DNA of 64,000 nt from positions 18,762-82,761 of the IMG/VR virus record IMGVR_UViG_3300009034_002371. One strand, 5' to 3'. This document shows, piece by piece, positions 39,401 through 45,836 of the stretch (the stretch's first letter is position 1; every line of letters begins with the position of its first letter). The notes beneath the pieces were generated by a model, which saw only the letters and a list, made by a program, of their open reading frames with translations, was not told where the DNA came from and did no database searches. The DNA is from a virus. A program made the translations under genes and the position numbers.

Positions 39401-39828
39401 TCTCGAGCTCCTGTTCATCGAGCTTCAGCTCATCGAGTAGCTGTTCAAGTAGCTTCAGTAGCTGCAGTTCAAGCTTCAGCTCATCAAGTTCATGTTCAAG
39501 TAGCTTCTCGAGTTCATGCTCTTCGAGCTTCAGCTCATCGAGTTCATGTTCAAGTAGCTTTAGTAGCTGCAGTTCATCGTTCTCAAGTAGCTGCTCATCG
39601 AGCTTCAGCTCATCGAGTTCGTGCTCAAGTAGTTTTAGTAGCTCATCGAGTAGCAGTTTCAGTTCATCGAGTTCATGTTCAAGTAGTTTCTCAAGTTCAT
39701 GTTCAAGTAGCTTCTCAAGTTGTTCATCGAGCTCCAGCTTTAGTTCATCATGTTCAAGTAGCTTCTCAAGTTGTTCATCGAGCTCCAGCCTTAGTTCATC
39801 ATGTTCAAGTAGTTCGAGCATACAGTAG
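36427..39828 (+). CDS. Modular virion protein: N-domain + DNRLRE-like + Ser linker + C-terminal part of beta-helix module + beta-sandwich + ~270-aa Ser/Cys/Phe tail
   Basis: N-terminal ~460 aa are paralogous to ORF 34428. Beta-helix repeats, DQGAIQRRE and a C-domain ending IYVDD are paralogous to ORF 39838. Confidence 0.7.
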   Translation: MKPQPTGLYTEDAIESGGMHHTTFLSYPKYHRHEDGTLHETDCVIRDSQDPDWDWEVIEGVWTLYVKRDGTYQSRFHDYTITRKPVGVGFCNTHSKKCVVKIDFDLNSWVVKIDGDTATWTNPDNGIVFKVQYIHDQARGIVELPQAVQTQLLEDCGSWPVEDTSVCVIYDADIDFLSEDVDTVDSIIDGNSKWVVKVGGLYVVHEKHGLVSKEHRDNLAWQKHTIYLPEQKRYIEACALDALKSEDGVLIFNDTDTFKEGVDGYSGCEDTYIELSSETTHGSSTQIYCDGDSWDTKKVLIKFDLSGEIPLVPHQTITSASLGLYVLNHFDGPADSLRIMCAGVLKPWTEDEATWTRWHKTNDKWWHSSGCDAKNDYAYFNSFSGYGYDRFSSWTQAFINESDEDDYTSWVVRPWQIQKQYDAQLWYGWVLDPGVPEHVEITFASSEHADPTKRPYLTVTWEPTSSSSSSSSFSSSCSSSSFSSSSSSWGPYSCQFGDYTVLQHLHFETENPDGIQIGKYSIVHNCYANQASPTADYPAWKATGSGFNVTSFISCEGASVGGYAFYTDLEDITFTGCLARDSNVGFYVGNQAIRLVHNLIYNCARGIHIASRDTFIHGNTIYNCSTCGIYLGTTWASVYILGNILDSCDYGILASFRQPACYLDWNNFSNSLTLDIAQSGGQDVVNKGPNTTSLDPGFFDIGSLDFRVGQHMRGLGVKSNFGSNNIIAASCIGYPDQGAIQRREVIGEDAAVWETGPDAHTGIGYVKLSPTHASRYPLKWEFLAPVKADRALQFSFWRKGSFSGTFQFLATGVGISISEVVAVPGSYQQHISPVVTPTSDQFAKITLQAQGTGTIYVDDFGTSQSCSSSSSFSSSCSSSSCSSSCSSSSCSSSFSSSCSSSSSSSCSSSFSSSCSSSSCSSSFSSSCSSSSSFSSSCSSSFSSSCSSSSFSSSCSSSSSCSSSFSSSSSCSSSFSSSCSSSFCSSSSCSSSFSSSCSSSFSSSSSCSSSFSSCSSSFSSSSSCSSSFSSSCSSSFSSSSSCSSSFSSCSSSFSSSCSSSFSSSSSCSSSFSSSSSSSFSSSSSCSSSFSSSCSSSFSSCSSSSSFSSSCSSSFSSCSSSSSLSSSCSSSSSIQ
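39013..39822 (+). repeat. Low-complexity coding repeat encoding poly-Ser with periodic Cys and Phe
   Basis: Degenerate units such as agttcatgttcaagtagcttc and agcttcagctcatcg, translating to SSSCSSSFSSSS. Confidence 0.95.
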
Positions 39829-39837
39829 AGGTAGAGG

Positions 39838-41250
39838 ATGGCTGCACCCAAGACAAGATATGTTCGCGCTGACGCCGCTGGTGGTGGTAATGGTACCGTA
39901 GATGCTGCAAGCGGGCCAGGCGGTAATTATGCCTGGACGTGGAATGAGTTTATGTCCAATCTCCCACGCTATGGCGATACCTACTATATTAAAGGTCCTT
40001 ACACATATACCCTTACAACGGACCTTGATTTCTATGCCGGACGTTCTAGTGCCCCTATAGTTGTTGAAGGATATTATAATTCCCCCGGAGACAACCCTAC
40101 AGGAAATAATAGACCTAGAATTGCTTGCGGTGTCCATGAGTTGGACCTAGGTGGTTATTTCTATTTTAGGAATTTCCGAATAACAATAAGCGAGTGGCTT
40201 GGATGTTATTCCGAGGGTCCGAATACAATTGTACAAAATTGTAGTAGTTATAATACCGGTCCTGCTATTGACTATCCAGCTGCCTTCTCCGGCGGGGGAG
40301 GCGTTTGGATTGACTGTGATGGGAGAGCAAGAGACGCCGGGTGGTTTTTCGAGGGTAATGTTATCGGTTGCTGTGCTTACAACTGCGATTACGGTTTTAT
40401 CTCATGGGCGCACGATGTTTGCATTATACATAGTATAACAAAAAATTGCGGCTACGGGGTATGGATGTACTCCGGCGGGAGTGCTATATTGAACAATACA
40501 TTCTATAACTGTTCCTCAGGTGGAATCTTTGGCGAGAATCAGGCTGTTGGCCCTATTATAGGTAACGTGTTTGACTCTGGTGATAAAGGTGTAGAGTATG
40601 ATGTTCCGGCAGGTCGGGAGGTGTGGCTTGATTACAATAATTATGAGAACCTCTCCGGGAGTGATACTGTAAACTGTAGCAAGGGGGAGGACTGGACCAG
40701 CGATGATCCCGAGTTCTTCGACTTCGGAACTAGCGACTTTCGGGTAGGTCCAGGTATCAGAGGACAGGGATTCCCGAAGTGGCAAGATTTCTTTGACCAT
40801 ATCCTCAACCCCAATTTGGAGGGTTGGTCTGATCAGGGAGCTTTGCAGCGACGAGAAGAAGTAGGGGAAATGTCTGTCGAGAAGGAGACAGGTCCTAACG
40901 CTCGCGGGGGCACTGGATCATGTGTACGATTCACTCCTTCATCTACTGTACACCCTCAAGTATGGGTTTTCAAGGTTCCCTGCCAGGATAGTATTGCTGT
41001 ACAGTTGGACATGTGGCATAAAATCACGTCCGGCTTTAATGGGTCTTTTACATTTAGTGCTTCTGGTAGTGGTATCACTCCAATAAATGAGGAAGTAGTG
41101 GCGCTTACAGATGATGGTGTTTACCATGAGTTTCTTTCCAGTATAATGACGCCGACCGAGTCCGGTTACATTGCAGTAACACTGAGAGCAAAGCAGGGTG
41201 TAGTTTCCGGTAGCATTTTCGTTGATGACATTACTACTCTAGAAGTATAG
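39838..41250 (+). CDS. Complete beta-helix module protein with C-terminal beta-sandwich (putative carbohydrate-binding virion protein)
   Basis: RYVRADAAGGG, EGYYNSPGDNPTGNNRP, Asn/Cys ladders, DQGALQRRE, terminal IFVDD. Confidence 0.65.
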   Translation: MAAPKTRYVRADAAGGGNGTVDAASGPGGNYAWTWNEFMSNLPRYGDTYYIKGPYTYTLTTDLDFYAGRSSAPIVVEGYYNSPGDNPTGNNRPRIACGVHELDLGGYFYFRNFRITISEWLGCYSEGPNTIVQNCSSYNTGPAIDYPAAFSGGGGVWIDCDGRARDAGWFFEGNVIGCCAYNCDYGFISWAHDVCIIHSITKNCGYGVWMYSGGSAILNNTFYNCSSGGIFGENQAVGPIIGNVFDSGDKGVEYDVPAGREVWLDYNNYENLSGSDTVNCSKGEDWTSDDPEFFDFGTSDFRVGPGIRGQGFPKWQDFFDHILNPNLEGWSDQGALQRREEVGEMSVEKETGPNARGGTGSCVRFTPSSTVHPQVWVFKVPCQDSIAVQLDMWHKITSGFNGSFTFSASGSGITPINEEVVALTDDGVYHEFLSSIMTPTESGYIAVTLRAKQGVVSGSIFVDDITTLEV

Positions 41251-41266
41251 GGGTTGAGGTAGCAGT

Positions 41267-42124
41267 ATGGCAAGCTCAAGTTCTAAAGTACCCCGTGATA
41301 CAGGTACATTTGAGTATCGTTATCGAGATAGCGCTCTGCCACCTGTAATTCATGATGATGAAAAGTATAATCTACCATCACAGGATTTCATCGATGAACT
41401 AAACGACCCTTCATTTTTCCAGGGAGATTTTTATGAGGATGTAAGTCTAAGTTCTAGCTCATCGAGCTCTTGTTCTCCAAGTCCAAGTTCATCAAGCTCA
41501 AGTAGTATAAGTCTTTCGTGTTCTAGCTCTTCAAGTTATAGTTCACAGTCGGTAAGTAGTTCATCTTCAAGTTGTAGTAGTCTTGAAGCCCCAGACGTAA
41601 CTGACGCCAGAGTAGACCCACCACGTTTTCGTTCCGGTGAAATTATATGTGCTAGGTATACCTATCATGGTGCTTTTCCTGAAGCCGGTTCTCAGATCCG
41701 TTGGTATAAGAACGATGTATATCAGCCGGATCATGATAATGAGATATGTTTCGAAGTAACTGGTCAACGGGGAGATGTTTGGTTCTTCTATGTTACACCA
41801 TGTGATGCGTTTGTATGTGGGAACCCTGTGGAGTCTCTCCCTGGGATTATGATAAATAACCCTCCGTCTGCACCCTCCCGTATAGAGATTGTTCCTCATA
41901 ATCCACAGGTGGATGATGACTTATTTGCAATTGTAGAGGGATCTGTCGATCTCGATGGTGACAGGATTATATATCATATAACATGGTACAGACTCAGGGA
42001 CGGGGTTACTGAGGAGTTAGTAGCGTATCGTAATAAGACTACGGTACCGTATACTGAGGTACAGGAGGGAGATGTATTCTCCATTGAGGCTAGGGCATTT
42101 GACGGAAGTGATGAGTCCGGGTAG
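41267..42124 (+). CDS. Ser-linker protein with two Ig-like domains (second truncated at C-terminus)
   Basis: YTY....EAGSQIRWYKN...GDVW...VTP.D and NPPSAP...DLDGD.I.Y..TWYR...GDVF.IEARAFDG. Homologous to the Ig domain in ORF 45836. Confidence 0.65.
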   Translation: MASSSSKVPRDTGTFEYRYRDSALPPVIHDDEKYNLPSQDFIDELNDPSFFQGDFYEDVSLSSSSSSSCSPSPSSSSSSSISLSCSSSSSYSSQSVSSSSSSCSSLEAPDVTDARVDPPRFRSGEIICARYTYHGAFPEAGSQIRWYKNDVYQPDHDNEICFEVTGQRGDVWFFYVTPCDAFVCGNPVESLPGIMINNPPSAPSRIEIVPHNPQVDDDLFAIVEGSVDLDGDRIIYHITWYRLRDGVTEELVAYRNKTTVPYTEVQEGDVFSIEARAFDGSDESG

Positions 42125-42187
42125 TGAATTCATAGCCCCATGCCTTTCCGTTGGTTATAGGGGATTAGGGGGTTTAGCCGTATATTA

Positions 42188-42301
42188 GTAGGCGAGGCTC
42201 TCTACTAGACTTTGGCATAGTGGTGGGCTACACGAAGGTGCTCCTCTCCGTGCCCATACTATGACAGAGCTCCTCTCGACTAGTTGGGGAGCCTCTCCTA
42301 T
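42188..42301 (+). ncRNA. Long irregular stem-loop (candidate structured RNA or leader)
   Basis: Nested arms TAGG/CCTA, GAGGCTCTC/GGGAGCCTC, ACTAG/CTAGT, CTTTG/CAGAG, CATAGT/ACTATG, GTGGGC/GCCCAT in non-coding DNA. Confidence 0.55.
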
Positions 42302-42320
42302 ACCTCGCGGGGTGATAAAG

Positions 42321-43259
42321 ATGCCTGTATGGGTTACAGATAACTTTTTTAGGACTATGAGATACTTTAATCGGTTCATAGGTCTACAGGCTCATGAGCC
42401 TGTGTACCTACTGTTTAGGAAGTGGTCTGGTCCCGTAATCTCTGGCACAGCGTCTGGCTTTCGTCTTAACCCTGTTTACCAAAGATATGAATTTACCCTG
42501 TATACACCACCTACGCCTATAGTAGGCACCGGGAAGCCCTTCTTGCTATCTTTAAAGTTATTCCTAGATGGCGCCGAAATGAATCCTGTATATCAGTACG
42601 ACCTAACAACATCAAATCTTGACTTTTGGATGGAGATAGATAAGGGAGGGCCCAAAGATCCAGATAGCTATGGTGGTTATATTGTAGGCTTTCATGATGG
42701 TTTTGACCCTGCTGGACATATAATAGAGTACCGCTACGAAGAAGTTTGTCACTGCGTAGATGTTGGAGAGGAGAGTTTTCATCCTGACTCTAGATGTTCG
42801 ACCTGTTACGGTACAGGATTTGTGGGTGGCTATGATCAATATACGTCATTCCAAGAAAGAGAAGCTGGGCGGATTGTTAAGCCAGCTAATACTATCCTTT
42901 GTAGGTTCCCTATTACTTCTGAAATACTAAAGATAAGCAGATACGGTGGTGAAATAGTTACTCAGAGAAAGAGCTGGGCCATCGTTAGCCCACTTTTGCA
43001 TGACTGGGATATACTTATAAGAATGAGAGCTTACGGTGCTCCTATGCAGCTAAATCCTACTACACTCACGGTGCCAGATGAACGATACTGGATCATAGAG
43101 TGGGAACACTCATCTGCAAGGCCTTCATACGACCTGCCCCTGAGGGCGCAGCCCGGGATGCATGCTGTGCGAAAGGGAGTTACTCTTCACCAAAAATTTA
43201 ACACAGCGGAGATACAGCCACAACATATAGCGTATCAGATTCCGTTCCTGAGAGGGTAA
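42321..43259 (+). CDS. Putative neck/head-closure protein
   Basis: GGGGTGA SD precedes ATG 42321. CHC...PDSRCSTCYGTGFVGGY Cys motif resembles those of large-myovirus neck proteins. Position is upstream of the sheath. Confidence 0.55.
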   Translation: MPVWVTDNFFRTMRYFNRFIGLQAHEPVYLLFRKWSGPVISGTASGFRLNPVYQRYEFTLYTPPTPIVGTGKPFLLSLKLFLDGAEMNPVYQYDLTTSNLDFWMEIDKGGPKDPDSYGGYIVGFHDGFDPAGHIIEYRYEEVCHCVDVGEESFHPDSRCSTCYGTGFVGGYDQYTSFQEREAGRIVKPANTILCRFPITSEILKISRYGGEIVTQRKSWAIVSPLLHDWDILIRMRAYGAPMQLNPTTLTVPDERYWIIEWEHSSARPSYDLPLRAQPGMHAVRKGVTLHQKFNTAEIQPQHIAYQIPFLRG

Positions 43260-43263
43260 TAGC

Positions 43264-43761
43264 ATGGTTATATCTGTTGCCTCACTAGTTGGTAGGGTTC
43301 TCGTTCAACGGGGCATGAATCAGCTAATAGCCCAGGTGACAGCACAAGCTGTTGAAGAAGTGATTGAATCTTTTAGGGAAGAAAGTGCAGAACTCGCCAG
43401 CCAGCGAATCGGAGTTATTGATATAGAATCCGATACATGGTACGCTTTTCATATGGCCAATCGACAGAGTTGGGAAGCTGGGCTTCGTAAGTGGGCTGAT
43501 GTGCTTAAAAGAGAAATCCCACGACGTTACGTTGGACAGGGTGCAGGACCCGGGAGCAGATCAATGTTCAGGACAGATATAAATGCTACTGGGGAGGGTT
43601 TGGATATACGTCTTGTTCGTCTACCTGGATCTCCTCGCGGGATTAGTAGAGCTGCTGCCCAAGGGGTTATACGAAAAGCTGTTCAGGATACTATAAAGGC
43701 TTATATAAGGTGTGTTGCTACCGGTGGTGCAGGTTTCCCGGAGGATTATGAGGGTGCTTGA
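43264..43761 (+). CDS. Hypothetical protein (neck/tail completion region)
   Basis: Fills the gap in the operon between neck-like genes; no motif recognised. Confidence 0.55.
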   Translation: MVISVASLVGRVLVQRGMNQLIAQVTAQAVEEVIESFREESAELASQRIGVIDIESDTWYAFHMANRQSWEAGLRKWADVLKREIPRRYVGQGAGPGSRSMFRTDINATGEGLDIRLVRLPGSPRGISRAAAQGVIRKAVQDTIKAYIRCVATGGAGFPEDYEGA

Positions 43762-43763
43762 TA

Positions 43764-44555
43764 ATGGCATTTTACAGGTTTACTCGCTCTTGTAGACAAG
43801 TTCTAATCAATTATTTGCAGAGTCAGTTGAGCAGATCAGAGAAGCACTGGGACGGATCTGAGTGGGTTGAGCTGCCAGAGATTCGTGTTGTAGATGCTCA
43901 TGAATATCAACCGAGGCTGCTTCCGGCTGTTGTTACAGATACGGTCATGGGTAATATACGAACTCTATCTTTTAACCATGTTATTCACGTGTGGACAGAT
44001 GATTACGGCCTCTACGGGCCCCGTAATGCCACGTATCAGGTATTTGGTGGTAGGGGTGACTTTGATGTGACATTTTTCTGTGGCGCTAATGATAGAGAGC
44101 TCCAACAAAAGTTAGTTGATGTAACGACGATGTATTTGACGATTGGTCGTGGATACCTTTGGCTTTACCGGTTTGTATTGGTGGGTGATGTGAGAATACA
44201 AGGTGATGGTGTCGAGGGTGAGGTACAACAAGAGAGGGTGTGGTATGGTAACTTGCTCACGCCTGTATCTGCTGACTGGCGACTAATCGTGCCCCGAGAT
44301 CAGGTCGAGCGTTTTGATATTGATATTGATTTGGTAACACCGGACGATCCATTTGAGAGTCCAGATGGACTTGCACCTGGAGTACTTACTCCCATGGATC
44401 CAGAGGGTGCAAGAGCCAGACTCGTAGAAATGCAGAGGCAGGAGTCAGCGCAAGCACCTGCTAGTTCATTGAGAGACCTCATGATAGAAGGTTCCGATGC
44501 CGAGGATTTGCCCCTTCGACCTATGAGAAGTTATAAGAAGGTCCAGAAGGAATAG
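43764..44555 (+). CDS. Putative tail terminator/tail completion protein
   Basis: Position in the operon and an alpha/beta pattern RLLPAVV...FDVTFFC.AND..LQQKLVD typical of tail terminators. Confidence 0.45.
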   Translation: MAFYRFTRSCRQVLINYLQSQLSRSEKHWDGSEWVELPEIRVVDAHEYQPRLLPAVVTDTVMGNIRTLSFNHVIHVWTDDYGLYGPRNATYQVFGGRGDFDVTFFCGANDRELQQKLVDVTTMYLTIGRGYLWLYRFVLVGDVRIQGDGVEGEVQQERVWYGNLLTPVSADWRLIVPRDQVERFDIDIDLVTPDDPFESPDGLAPGVLTPMDPEGARARLVEMQRQESAQAPASSLRDLMIEGSDAEDLPLRPMRSYKKVQKE

Positions 44556-44588
44556 CTTTGTGGTGGAGTTTCGAGGAGGTTATATATA

Positions 44589-45836
44589 ATGGCACTTAAC
44601 GCAGCGATTGTGTGGGAGGTAAGAACCTCCGGCAATAATAATAATGGTGGAGGCTTCAAAGCGGGGGCATCTGGGACTGATCGCTCGCAACAGGACGCTG
44701 CCCATTTATCTTTTACCGATCTAGAAGTTAAGGGCGCGGTCTATACCAGAGTATACTCTGTCACAGAGAATGCAAACTTAGTTGCTACTTGTATTGGAAA
44801 CTTAATCCATATAACTGGCGACGGTGGCTCCGGGCTTTTTACAGTCGGGTTTTATGAGGTCACTGGGCAAGGTAACGATGGTAATAACTATCTCGATATA
44901 GATAGGAACTGCGCTACTGGTAATGCTAGTGACGGAATTGCCGCCCTCGGGGGCGCTGTTGCGGACTTATTGGAGATAGATAGTGTTGTAGTCGCGGGTA
45001 ATACCATGTATGTTAAAGCTGGAACGTACGCTCACGCTAGTGCGTTAAGTGTAAACAATGGTACTGCTAGTCTATATATTAAAACAATAGGCTATAATAC
45101 TGCTAGGGGTGACGCCCCCACAGGTGATAACAGGCCACTGATACAGGACGGCGGTAACGAACAGAAATGGGGAACGTATAACGAGATTGAGAATTTCAGA
45201 CGTACAGGTTCTCACACCTACGGTATCTATACTTTGAACTACTGCGTTATTCGCAATTGCAAGAGTACGGTAGCAGCTAACACACGCTGCTTCAGGTATG
45301 GTGCTGGAAGTGTTGTGATCGATTGTGAAGCTATTGGACCTGGTACCCTAGGGATAGGTTTTGAATCGTCCGGAGGTGGTTCATTTACAATAGCTTGTTA
45401 TGCCGAGGGTTTGAACCGAGGCTATGAACATGTAATAGGTAATGAGGTAGTCGCCTTCTGCACTTTCGATACTTGTACATATGGGTGGTACGGTAATAAC
45501 GTTAATGGTCGCCCAGGTTGTAAAATTCTCAATAATAATTTTTATAACAGCTCGAATACTGGTGTGTATGGTAATTATGGAGGGCAGACAGCGTATTCCT
45601 GGCTCGTTCTGAATAACCAATTTGTGGACTGCGGTGTTGGCATGCAAATAACTATTTCTTCGCCAGGGGTATATCTTGATTTTAATAACTTCTTTAATAA
45701 TACCACAGATGTAACTAACGTTATCAAGGGTGCAAATACAACAGCGAACAATCCCGGATATACAAATGCCCCTGCTGGCGATTTCAGTGGTGTTGACAGT
45801 GCAGACGGCTTTGGTATTAGACTTGGAGTTGGATAA
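44589..45836 (+). CDS. Beta-helix virion protein (paralog of ORF 25669), lacking the terminal DQGAxQ motif
   Basis: MALNAAIVWEVRTSGNNNNGGG, GYNTARGDAPTGDNRP, beta-helix repeats. Ends GFGIRLGVG with a TAATG overlap into the next gene. Confidence 0.68.
   Translation: MALNAAIVWEVRTSGNNNNGGGFKAGASGTDRSQQDAAHLSFTDLEVKGAVYTRVYSVTENANLVATCIGNLIHITGDGGSGLFTVGFYEVTGQGNDGNNYLDIDRNCATGNASDGIAALGGAVADLLEIDSVVVAGNTMYVKAGTYAHASALSVNNGTASLYIKTIGYNTARGDAPTGDNRPLIQDGGNEQKWGTYNEIENFRRTGSHTYGIYTLNYCVIRNCKSTVAANTRCFRYGAGSVVIDCEAIGPGTLGIGFESSGGGSFTIACYAEGLNRGYEHVIGNEVVAFCTFDTCTYGWYGNNVNGRPGCKILNNNFYNSSNTGVYGNYGGQTAYSWLVLNNQFVDCGVGMQITISSPGVYLDFNNFFNNTTDVTNVIKGANTTANNPGYTNAPAGDFSGVDSADGFGIRLGVG

Noticed and set aside
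38991-39901. 286-aa Leu/Glu-rich antisense ORF and 302-aa Val/Ala/His/Gln ORF in another + frame
   Set aside because: Both are confined to the poly-Ser repeat. Stop-free alternative frames follow automatically from its few codons, and there is no independent SD or flanking domain.
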